Below are positions 9,958 to 18,427 of a DNA stretch of 64,000 bases, piece by piece (positions within the stretch are counted from its first letter, which is position 1; the number at the start of each line of letters is the position of its first letter). The notes under the pieces were generated by a model that worked only from the letters and a program-made list of their open reading frames with translations, was not told the origin of the DNA and searched no databases. A program made the position numbers and the translations under genes. The DNA comes from Patescibacteria group bacterium (GTDB lineage Bacteria; Patescibacteriota; Microgenomatia; UBA8517): NCBI GenBank assembly GCA_035291665.1, contig DATDRP010000006.1, positions 145,255 to 209,254 of the forward strand, in the 5' to 3' direction.

Positions 9958-11297
9958 TAAATTGGACTTAGGACAATAGTTTCATTTTTATACCCGTAGA
10001 CATCAACTGTTCCGTTAAAGTTGAAATATCCTGATTTGGTAGCTTCGATTGAATAAATTTTTTTCTGCAGGTCCGAAAAAAAGACTTGACCAAAATCAAT
10101 ATTATCTTCAAGTCCGCTCGAAGCAGTGGCATTGAAAACTGGTGCCGTATTATATAAACGTGCGGAAACTGAGGCGATCTGGTTTTCAGATGGATCTAGA
10201 AAAGTGATTAACACACTGTCGCTTGTATGATCTGTGACTGCAAAATTAACAGTATTTACGGTATCCGCAAGAACTTTTATCGGCAGGAACGGGTTAATAG
10301 CTTCAATGTCTCCGACGGAAGAATCTATTGTGATATGGTAGTTGTCCCACTCCAAATCCGGTAATTGAAAATGACCGGATGCGTCGGTAGCGAATTGTTC
10401 AGTATATTTATAAATCGGTTGATCGCTAGTATCTGTTCCGATAGTTTTTTCTCCCTGTATGGTGAATTCAACATTGCCTAAGGCTCCAAAACCGCTGACT
10501 GCGTCATCATGGGAAAATACATCTAATGTGCTGGTTTTATCAATGGAGAAAGAAATTTCTGTTAGCTGTCCCTGGAGTACGGTAAGATTAGGTTTGTTGG
10601 GATTTTCAACCTCTGTGGGAGAATAAGTCTGTTCTGAACTGTATCCCGATTTCGAAGTTAAGACTTGATAGCAAGGTGTTGTACAAACTGGAGCACCGGG
10701 TAAAATTACCCGACCGTTATCTGCTGTTAAAAGTGTCACATCTATTTGAGGAGTTGTGGTTGTTGCAATAATGTGTACGCTGGCTTGGTTTACAGGCTGA
10801 GCGTCGGAGTTTATAACGATGATGGATAAAGTTCCTCCGGTAACTGTTGATTCAATACCCGATGGCGATATGTCAGTAACCAACCTGATCGGGTTTCTTT
10901 GAGAGGTGATTTGCCCTTCCCATGAGGCATCAATTGTAATTCTTTTGTAATCAGTTGCCAATAAATCTGCCGGTGCTTGCTGGTCGAACGGATCATCAAT
11001 ATAAAGGATTGTTGTTTTAATATAATAATTTGCACCGTTGATATTTATCGTTTCATTCTGAGGAATATTACCCGGGGGAATTCCTCCGATTGTGCCGATA
11101 GAATCATAAGGGAGATTTCTTATCGTCTCCATCTTTTCTTGAGCGAGGTGTTTTGCATTAATACGGGAACTGTTATAGGTACTCACAGAATAAGAAGTTG
11201 TAACAAGAGTAAAAAGCGCCTGAGCAAGAATCGAAAATAAGGCTAACGAAATCAAAACACTTATCAAAACAGATCCTCTACTGACAATAGATTTCAT
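9957..11297 (-). CDS. PilV-like pseudopilin/minor pilin with long C-terminal domain
   Basis: Internal Met 43 of the track ORF gives MKSIVSRG|SVLISVLISLALFSILAQALF, a short basic leader plus hydrophobic helix typical of prepilins (no Glu at +5). The longer form (start 11423) would have a 50-aa leader, which is implausible. Confidence 0.55.
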   Translation of the reverse strand: MKSIVSRGSVLISVLISLALFSILAQALFTLVTTSYSVSTYNSSRINAKHLAQEKMETIRNLPYDSIGTIGGIPPGNIPQNETININGANYYIKTTILYIDDPFDQQAPADLLATDYKRITIDASWEGQITSQRNPIRLVTDISPSGIESTVTGGTLSIIVINSDAQPVNQASVHIIATTTTPQIDVTLLTADNGRVILPGAPVCTTPCYQVLTSKSGYSSEQTYSPTEVENPNKPNLTVLQGQLTEISFSIDKTSTLDVFSHDDAVSGFGALGNVEFTIQGEKTIGTDTSDQPIYKYTEQFATDASGHFQLPDLEWDNYHITIDSSVGDIEAINPFLPIKVLADTVNTVNFAVTDHTSDSVLITFLDPSENQIASVSARLYNTAPVFNATASSGLEDNIDFGQVFFSDLQKKIYSIEATKSGYFNFNGTVDVYGYKNETIVLSPI

Positions 11298-11468
11298 GGG
11301 CAGGTACATTGATATAAAGTATAGCATTTGGCATAATGGTAGAAAGAAGATGCTCAAAACTATTGTTTTGGACGTTTTGGTTTGGTTAGAAAAAATATAA
11401 TTAGGTAGTATGGTTATTTTCAAATTTCTTAATATCTTAGTATCTTAATATCTAATGCAAGTCCTGCC

Positions 11469-12863
11469 ATGGTAAGAAGATCATTCGTTTCAATATATTT
11501 CTTGAATAGTCAGTTCCAGCTGGTTATTCTTTCCGGATCAAAGAAAAAAGTTCAAAAGTATACAACGATTGATTTACCCGAAGGACTGATTTTGAATCAT
11601 GAAGTTCAAGATCCGAAACTCCTTGGTGAAATTCTTAAGAAAGTTTGGGCTAAATACAAAATCAAAGAAAAAAGTGTGGGAATAGTCGTTCCGGAGTTTT
11701 CCACATTCACAAAAAGCTTTAACCTGCCCGATCTTGCTGAAGACGAACTTGATGAAGCAGTAAGATGGCAATCATTAGACTATATTCCGTTGAATCAAAA
11801 TGAGATGGTGCTGGATTGGAAGGTAATTAAACGTACGGAAGCTTCTGTTCAGGTGTTGGCAGTTGCAATAAAGGACAATATTCTCAAAGGTTATGTTGAT
11901 GCAACAGCCCTAGCCGGTCTTTACCCCTTAGTTGTTGAAACACCTTCAATTTCCCTGACGCGTATTAGCGGTGAGAAGGGTGAAAAAATTATTATATTTT
12001 TCTCATTCGATGAAGTTATTATTGTCTTGGCTGATGGCCAAAGTATAATTTCGAGTTCGGTGCTGCATTCCTCCGCTTCGGCACAGGACATCGTACGGAC
12101 CTCCCAGCGGATGACTGCACACTATCAGGATATTTCCATCAAAGAAGTTTATCTTGGAGGTGTAATTTCATCTCAGGAAATTGTTAATCAAGTGGTAACG
12201 GGCTTAAACCTCAAAGCGGTAAAAATTGGGATTAAGGAAATTTCATTTAATGACTCGGAACTTCAAAAATATCTGATTCCGATTTCGCTTCAATTCAAAG
12301 ATCCTGCTGAACCATCAAGTTCAGAAACAATTAACTTATTGCCGGGCGCCGTTGTTTCAAAATATGAAAAGAAAAGATTAAGTGTTCAACTTTGGAGTTT
12401 GATGATGATTACGACTGTGATAATAGTCGTAAGTTTTTTAGCACTTCTGGGAAGTTATATGTACATTATTCAGAACCAGTCTTTTTACAACAATAAAAAT
12501 GAATCCGAAGTTGCAACGTACGGGAAAAACAAAGACGCATTGGAACAGATAAAAACCATCAATTTATCGTCCGATAGGGTTAAAAGTATTTTTAATCTTA
12601 TGCTGTATCCGCAGGATGTTTTAAACCTTGTAAAGAGTGCTGATCAGGAAGGTATACGTGTGATAAATTATAAAATTGATTTTGAAAAAAGGACAGCGCT
12701 CATACAGGGTGTTGCATCAACCAGAGATAATTTGCTGGATTTTAAAACCAGCCTGGAAAAAATGGAAGGAATTTCCGAAGTAAAGCTTCCCCTTTCAAGT
12801 TTTGAAAAAGAAACGGATTTAGAATTCAATATTTCGTTTACGTTTTTGCGTCAAAAAAAATAA
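11469..12863 (+). CDS. pilM: Type IV pilus assembly protein PilM fused to a PilN-like C-terminal membrane segment
   Basis: Actin-like PilM region (VGIVVPEFSTFTKSFNLPDLAEDELDEAVRWQSLDYIPL) followed by a single TM (LWSLMMITTVIIVVSFLALLGSYMYII) and a ~140-aa periplasmic tail, in one ORF. Confidence 0.7.
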   Translation: MVRRSFVSIYFLNSQFQLVILSGSKKKVQKYTTIDLPEGLILNHEVQDPKLLGEILKKVWAKYKIKEKSVGIVVPEFSTFTKSFNLPDLAEDELDEAVRWQSLDYIPLNQNEMVLDWKVIKRTEASVQVLAVAIKDNILKGYVDATALAGLYPLVVETPSISLTRISGEKGEKIIIFFSFDEVIIVLADGQSIISSSVLHSSASAQDIVRTSQRMTAHYQDISIKEVYLGGVISSQEIVNQVVTGLNLKAVKIGIKEISFNDSELQKYLIPISLQFKDPAEPSSSETINLLPGAVVSKYEKKRLSVQLWSLMMITTVIIVVSFLALLGSYMYIIQNQSFYNNKNESEVATYGKNKDALEQIKTINLSSDRVKSIFNLMLYPQDVLNLVKSADQEGIRVINYKIDFEKRTALIQGVASTRDNLLDFKTSLEKMEGISEVKLPLSSFEKETDLEFNISFTFLRQKK

Positions 12864-12869
12864 ATTAAT

Positions 12870-13487
12870 ATGAATGGAAAAAAGAGTGATGAACAACAAT
12901 TGAAAGCTAATAACAGCGGTGAACGGGATATGAAGCAGGTTAAAGAGAAAGTTCAAAAACCGAAAAAGACGATAAATTTTCTTTTGGTCTTCCTCTTTAT
13001 TAACTTGATTATTTTATTGGGCTCTTTATATCTGATTTATGATCTGCCTCGAAAGGCTGAGGTTTTGAAATCCGCAAAAATCGAAGCATTAAAGATTGAA
13101 GAAAGCAGCAAGGTGGATTTAACAGGTCTAGAGATAATCCAAAATAAAAAAAACTGGGAAATATTAAAAAGCTATTTCCCGGATGAAGTTGGTGTTATCA
13201 AATTTATTACCGATCTGGAAACTTTGAAGAAGAATGAAATTATTAAGGACATGTCATTCGTCAGCCAGGATGCCGTTAGGGATAAAACCGGAGCTTTGGG
13301 AATTCCGTTTATAATGGAAATTGAAGGAAGTTGGGACAAAGTAGACGCAGCTTTAAAGGATTTTTATGATTTACCGTATTTGGTGAGAGTGATTAATGTT
13401 GACGCAACTGTCCTTGAGGATGGGAGTGTAAACTTTAAATTTGGGGGTTTTATATATGTCTCAGAGAGCCTTGACAAAAATAGATAG
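12870..13487 (+). CDS. PilO-like pilus assembly protein (bitopic)
   Basis: Basic N-terminus, one TM (INFLLVFLFINLIILLGSLYLIY), a coiled-coil-prone region and a periplasmic domain. The position after pilMN is the canonical PilO slot. Confidence 0.45.
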   Translation: MNGKKSDEQQLKANNSGERDMKQVKEKVQKPKKTINFLLVFLFINLIILLGSLYLIYDLPRKAEVLKSAKIEALKIEESSKVDLTGLEIIQNKKNWEILKSYFPDEVGVIKFITDLETLKKNEIIKDMSFVSQDAVRDKTGALGIPFIMEIEGSWDKVDAALKDFYDLPYLVRVINVDATVLEDGSVNFKFGGFIYVSESLDKNR

Positions 13488-13689
13488 TTTTTTCTTTCTG
13501 TTCATTGGGGTAATGATAGTATTGGCTATCTTTGTTGTTGTGGCTTTCAAGGAAATATTTTCATCCATTCGAACGAGTTCCGATGTGACCGTTTCACTTT
13601 CGGAAAATGAATTGAAAGTTGATAAAAATAAATTACAGGAAGCTGTAAGTTTGATTGAATCTAAGGATGTTGTAGAATTAAAAAAGTAA
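13456..13689 (+). CDS. Hypothetical small membrane protein (possible PilP-like); overlaps previous gene
   Basis: 78-82 aa with a single TM (FFFLFIGVMIVLAIFVVVAF). Exact start uncertain. Confidence 0.25.
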   Translation: MSQRALTKIDSFFFLFIGVMIVLAIFVVVAFKEIFSSIRTSSDVTVSLSENELKVDKNKLQEAVSLIESKDVVELKK

Positions 13690-14147
13690 TGAAAAATAAA
13701 TTTAAAGCCTTTACTTTAATTGAACTTTTGATTGTAATTTCGATTATCGGACTACTGGCAACAACAATGGTCATTGCCATTAACCCTTCAAAACAATTAG
13801 CAAAAGCCAGGGATGGACAGAGAGAAGGTGATGTCTATTCAATTTTTTCCTATGTTCAGCAATACAAATCAGAACACAATGGAACATTACCCGATACTGA
13901 CGGAGATCCGGAAACGAATAATTTTCCCACAAGCTTGACTTGTATTGGATCGTCGGGAGGGTGCTTTAACCTTGCAGGAGCCGGTGACGATGATGAATCA
14001 ATAGTGCCTGACTATGCAGCAGCGCTCCCAACTGATCCGAAGACAGGAAGTGGAGTAAATACAGGTTATTTGATTATGGTTGATGCTTATGGCCACATTA
14101 CCGCATCCGCCTCAGGTGAAACAAAGACAATCAGCATAACGAGGTAG
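13689..14147 (+). CDS. pilA: Type IV major pilin
   Basis: MKNKFKA|FTLIELLIVISIIGLLATTMVIAI: a class III signal peptide with Phe at +1 and Glu at +5. Two Cys near the C-terminus (C...C disulfide loop). Confidence 0.85.
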   Translation: MKNKFKAFTLIELLIVISIIGLLATTMVIAINPSKQLAKARDGQREGDVYSIFSYVQQYKSEHNGTLPDTDGDPETNNFPTSLTCIGSSGGCFNLAGAGDDDESIVPDYAAALPTDPKTGSGVNTGYLIMVDAYGHITASASGETKTISITR

Positions 14148-14304
14148 AATAATTTTTACGATTAATTACCTCTCTTTCCGAGTTTACCAAACCGGTATGA
14201 CTTTCATCATATTTACCAAACTACTTCAGGTCAGTGTAATAGTATAAAATAAATTTATATATGCGCTTTGAAATGATTCGTAACTTAAGTATTATTAAAT
14301 AACC

Positions 14305-15165
14305 GTGGGAAATTTCTTTAAACGGGTAATGAATGAATTGGTCTATGGAGGCCATCTGCTGTCTTTAGGGGCTTCCGGTATTGTTTGGTCGGTAATACTT
14401 CTGAACGGATCGGATGGCGGATTCCCAATAGTAGTTTTAGCATATTTGATTTCACAACTGGTTTATAACATTGACCATTTGAAAGAAGAGAAGATTGTTA
14501 GTAGTCAAGGAAACGCCGAGAGGACTTCTTACTTGGAGAAAACAAGAAAAAAACAAGTATTTGCGTTAATGATATATGTCGCTTTATTCATAGCCTTTGG
14601 AGTCTTATCTCCTCTTCCGGTTTTTCTTTTATCATCCTCAATAGTTCTGGGAGGGATCCTTTATACATTGAAACTAAAAAAGATGATGAAAGAAATTGTC
14701 GGTTTAAAAAATATCTATATATCCTTTTTTTGGGGTGTTTTAAGTTTTTTGGTACCTTTGTATTATTTCCTTAATCCGCTGAACCCGGTTTTTATATCGA
14801 TTTCATTATTCATTTTTCTTAGATGGATTGTTAATTCAACCTTTTTTGATTTGAAAGATATTGAAAGCGATAAAAAAATTAACATAAAAACCCTACCAGT
14901 AGTTTTTGGATTTACAAAAACAATAAATTATTTACATCTCTTTAATATATTTTCCGGATTAGCTCTTATATTATTTGTCTATTTTTCTGTTTTACCGACA
15001 TATACCATTGTTTTATTATTTTTATGGATATACAGCATGTTTTATCTTGCCAGAGCTAAGTATTTAACTGATAAAGATTTACGCAGTTTGTCTTATATTG
15101 TTGTTGATGGTGAATATATTTTATGGCCATTCGCCATATTAATTGGGAAGTACCTGTTTGAATAG
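14305..15165 (+). CDS. UbiA-family prenyltransferase (polytopic membrane protein)
   Basis: 8-9 TM. The Asp-rich motifs YNIDHLKEE and DLKDIESD (DxxDxxxD) lie at positions typical of UbiA-superfamily enzymes. Confidence 0.55.
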   Translation: MGNFFKRVMNELVYGGHLLSLGASGIVWSVILLNGSDGGFPIVVLAYLISQLVYNIDHLKEEKIVSSQGNAERTSYLEKTRKKQVFALMIYVALFIAFGVLSPLPVFLLSSSIVLGGILYTLKLKKMMKEIVGLKNIYISFFWGVLSFLVPLYYFLNPLNPVFISISLFIFLRWIVNSTFFDLKDIESDKKINIKTLPVVFGFTKTINYLHLFNIFSGLALILFVYFSVLPTYTIVLLFLWIYSMFYLARAKYLTDKDLRSLSYIVVDGEYILWPFAILIGKYLFE

Positions 15166-15170
15166 TATTT

Positions 15171-16766
15171 ATGAATACAAATATTTTCGTCCAGATTGTA
15201 CTGGTATCGATTAATGCATTTGGGTTAGTCCTCGCCTGGTGGATTCTTCGTGGCGGAAACTCTAAACAATTGAAATTATGGTTCTCTCTTATGACAATAT
15301 TTATACTTTTGTGGGCTAATTTTTCTTATTTTGGTTCGACCGCCAGGAGTGTGTCTACTGGACTATTGTTTTACAGATTAAATTGGGCGGCGGTTTCGTT
15401 ATTTCTACCGTCATTTTTTTATTTTTTTGTAATTTATTTTCTTCTCAAAAGCCACTTGGCTAGTAAAATCGGAATTATAATATTTATTTTATCAATAATA
15501 TTTTTTATTCTTTCGCTTTTTACAGGATTGATTATTAAAGATGTAGTTCAACAAAGCTGGGGTATGGGGATAGTATTCGGACCCCTTTCTGATTATTTCA
15601 ATATCTTCTCAGCAATAGTTGCCATAATTGTTATTACCTATAGTGTGCAAAGTTATAAATCATTATCTAAAGAAATGAAAGTGAAACTAAATTATTTTCT
15701 GGCTGGTATTTTTGTCTTTATAACTGCAAATTTGGTATTTAATGTTGGCTTACAAGTAATTTTCCAGAGTGTAAGATTTCAAATCTATGGAGATTTTTCT
15801 GCGATATTCTTTTTAGTTTTTACAGCCTATGCGATCGTGAAGTATGAACTTTTTGATATAAAAATTATCGCAACTGAAGGTTTAACAGCAGTATTATGGA
15901 TAGTCTTACTTGCTAAAACGTTTGTATCAGAATCTCCGGTACAACTACTAATAAATATTCTTATATTTCTTTTAACCGTAATTTTCGGAGTGCTTTTAAT
16001 AAAAAGTGTCACGCGTGAGGTTAAACAAAGACAACTTCTCGAAGAACTCAATAAAAAGTTGAAAGAGCTTGACAAACAGAAAGATGAATTTGTGAGTATG
16101 GCGGCTCACGAACTTCGTTCCCCGTTAACCGCCATCAAAGGATATGTTTCGATGATTATGGAAGGCGATACAGGTGATATTCCCGAAAAAGCCAGACAAT
16201 ATCTTGCCGATAGCATGGCGGTTACTGACCGGCTTGTTCGTTTGGTCAATAATATGCTCAATGTTTCAAGAATAGAGGAAGGACGGATTGTTTATCAGAT
16301 GGAAGAGACCCATCTTATACGTGCCGTTCAGGAGGTTTATTATTCGTATCGGATTGAAGCAGAAAGAAAAGGGATTGAAATTGTAATGAATATACCCAAC
16401 GGTTTGGATGATGTTGTGTACGTGGACCCCGACAGAATTCGTGAGGTGATCGGGAATATAGTAAGTAATGCTGTAAAGTTTACGGAAAAAGGGAAAATTG
16501 AAATTTCAATAGGGAATCCCCGGAAGGGTGTGGTCAGGGTGGATGTTTCCGACACAGGTCCCGGAATTACCGAAGAAGAGCAAAAAAAATTATTTGTAAA
16601 GTTTTATCGTGCAGAGTCTACAGCCGGTAAAACTTTCGGTACCGGACTCGGGCTTTATATAACAAAGCTTCTGATTGATAATTTCGGTGGTGTGATCGGA
16701 GTTGAGTCACAAATTGATAAAGGAACAACCTTCTGGTTTGAATTACCTGTCAGAAAGCAGGTATAA
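15171..16766 (+). CDS. Membrane sensor histidine kinase
   Basis: ~8 N-terminal TM helices. HisKA H-box EFVSMAAHELRSPLTAIKGY. HATPase_c N, G1 (DTGPGI) and G2 (GTGLGL) boxes. Confidence 0.85.
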   Translation: MNTNIFVQIVLVSINAFGLVLAWWILRGGNSKQLKLWFSLMTIFILLWANFSYFGSTARSVSTGLLFYRLNWAAVSLFLPSFFYFFVIYFLLKSHLASKIGIIIFILSIIFFILSLFTGLIIKDVVQQSWGMGIVFGPLSDYFNIFSAIVAIIVITYSVQSYKSLSKEMKVKLNYFLAGIFVFITANLVFNVGLQVIFQSVRFQIYGDFSAIFFLVFTAYAIVKYELFDIKIIATEGLTAVLWIVLLAKTFVSESPVQLLINILIFLLTVIFGVLLIKSVTREVKQRQLLEELNKKLKELDKQKDEFVSMAAHELRSPLTAIKGYVSMIMEGDTGDIPEKARQYLADSMAVTDRLVRLVNNMLNVSRIEEGRIVYQMEETHLIRAVQEVYYSYRIEAERKGIEIVMNIPNGLDDVVYVDPDRIREVIGNIVSNAVKFTEKGKIEISIGNPRKGVVRVDVSDTGPGITEEEQKKLFVKFYRAESTAGKTFGTGLGLYITKLLIDNFGGVIGVESQIDKGTTFWFELPVRKQV

Positions 16767-16778
16767 TTACAACACAGT

Positions 16779-17207
16779 ATGATGCAGGATGATTCTCAAG
16801 GATTGGGAGCACCCGCGGTTACAATACCGCAGTCGCAGGACCGTAAAAAAATTCTTCTTATCGAAGACGATCCGTTTCTTCTTCAAATGTATAATGACAA
16901 ATTTGTTAATGAGGGATATGAGGTAAATGTTGCCCATGATGGACTCGAAGGGCTAAAAATGCTCAATGAGAAGCAGGTGGACTTGGTACTTTTGGATATT
17001 TTGATACCGAAACTTTCGGGAGTTGATTTATTGACCAAAATAAAAGAAGACCCGAAGTTGCAAAAAATGCCGATTATTGCCCTTACCAATCTTTCAAACG
17101 TAAAAGAGGAACAGGATGTCAAAGCAAAGGGTGTGAATGAATATTTAATAAAATCTGATTATACCCCCACGCAAGTTGTTGAAATTGTGAAGAAATATCT
17201 CCCGTGA
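16779..17207 (+). CDS. Single-domain response regulator (CheY-like receiver only)
   Basis: KKILLIEDDPFLLQMY...VDLVLLDILIPKLSGVDLL...MPIIALTN: receiver-domain Asp pocket and conserved Lys. No output domain. Confidence 0.8.
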   Translation: MMQDDSQGLGAPAVTIPQSQDRKKILLIEDDPFLLQMYNDKFVNEGYEVNVAHDGLEGLKMLNEKQVDLVLLDILIPKLSGVDLLTKIKEDPKLQKMPIIALTNLSNVKEEQDVKAKGVNEYLIKSDYTPTQVVEIVKKYLP

Positions 17208-17242
17208 CAGCCTTTTTTAGAAAGTGAGTCTTAAATGGAAAT

Positions 17243-17848
17243 TTACTTCGGACGCGTGAGAACAAAAACCAAACCAATTATTGCGACGAGAGCAAGACCC
17301 GATGCAAGTCCCGCCCGCTTTAACCCGAGTATAACTTTATCGCGAACTGAGGATTTTTCAGGTGTTGGTGTGGGGGATTCTTGACTTTCTTCACCTGTTG
17401 CTTCGGGATTCTCCGGGAGATTTTCGGTTGGCTTTTCCAAAAACGTAATTGGCTTGACACTCCCTCTCATAACAACTTCACCCGCAGGTAGTTTAGTTTT
17501 TGCATTTTTTTCAGTTGTGATAAAAAGACTTGCAAAAGGAACTTTTGATACGTATTCACCCTTGCCAAGTCCGATTTGCCCAAGTGCGAAGGGATCGCCC
17601 CCGGCTACCGGGTTTGCCCAGAGAATATAGGTGTATATCGATCCATCAACCGGGTAAAGGATGTTTCGGCATGAAACAATTACACGGTATGAACCGGTTT
17701 GCATTTGTAGTGATGCGGCGAAACATTTGTAATCAAGTTCTGTGGTACTGCGAAGTTCAAAAGTGCCATCGGATGCATGAACGACCGTAAACCCTAAGAG
17801 TAAATATATAGAAAAACCAAAAATGAAGGTTTTTAAAATTTTTAACAT
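17243..17848 (-). CDS. Hypothetical secreted protein with C-terminal membrane anchor
   Basis: Signal peptide (IFGFSIYLLLGFTVVHASD), PTPTPE linker, C-terminal TM plus basic tail (GLASGLALVAIIGLVFVLTRPK). Confidence 0.5.
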   Translation of the reverse strand: MLKILKTFIFGFSIYLLLGFTVVHASDGTFELRSTTELDYKCFAASLQMQTGSYRVIVSCRNILYPVDGSIYTYILWANPVAGGDPFALGQIGLGKGEYVSKVPFASLFITTEKNAKTKLPAGEVVMRGSVKPITFLEKPTENLPENPEATGEESQESPTPTPEKSSVRDKVILGLKRAGLASGLALVAIIGLVFVLTRPK

Positions 17849-17991
17849 ATTATTAATTTCTTAAGATTTATTTTATCAAAATATATTCCAAAATAACACT
17901 AATTAGTATTAATTGGTAACTCGACCGAGACAGCATTTTCAAATTTTTGTAGAATTGAAAACAAGCACTGGTTGCTTTAAGATGTACATAT

Positions 17992-18423
17992 ATGCCTGAT
18001 CCTGTCCAACAGACCCCAGCGCCCGTTCCCGGAAAAACTGTAGATGTCAGAAACATCCCCAACCTTCTTCTGGTTGAAGATGATCCTGTGCTTTCGAAAA
18101 TGTACACCGAAAAATTTAAATTCGAAGGTTTTAATGTATTAACCGCCATGAACGGAGAAGACGGATTGAGGCTTGCACTATCAGAAAATATTGACCTTAT
18201 AATATTAGATCTGATGCTTCCCCGGTTGTCAGGAAGTGAACTTTTAGCAAAGTTGCGTCAGGATGCAAAAGGCAGAAATACAAAAGTAATTGCTCTGACA
18301 AACCTGGCCGAACAAGAAGAAAGGCAAAAAGTTATGCAGCTTGGAGTTCTGGATTATCTAATAAAAGCGATGCAAACTCCGGAAGAAGTGGTGGAAAAAG
18401 TAAAAAAGTACCTCAGTACATAA
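17992..18423 (+). CDS. Single-domain response regulator (CheY-like receiver only)
   Basis: LLLVEDDPVLSKMY...IDLIILDLMLPRLSGSELL...KVIALTN. Paralogous to 16779-17207. Confidence 0.8.
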   Translation: MPDPVQQTPAPVPGKTVDVRNIPNLLLVEDDPVLSKMYTEKFKFEGFNVLTAMNGEDGLRLALSENIDLIILDLMLPRLSGSELLAKLRQDAKGRNTKVIALTNLAEQEERQKVMQLGVLDYLIKAMQTPEEVVEKVKKYLST

Positions 18424-18427
18424 TGAC

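Noticed and set aside
11298-11423. Longer N-terminal extension of the PilV-like gene (start at 11423)
   Set aside because: It would give a 50-aa leader before the prepilin helix. Internal Met 43 gives a canonical short basic leader, so 11297 was chosen as the start.
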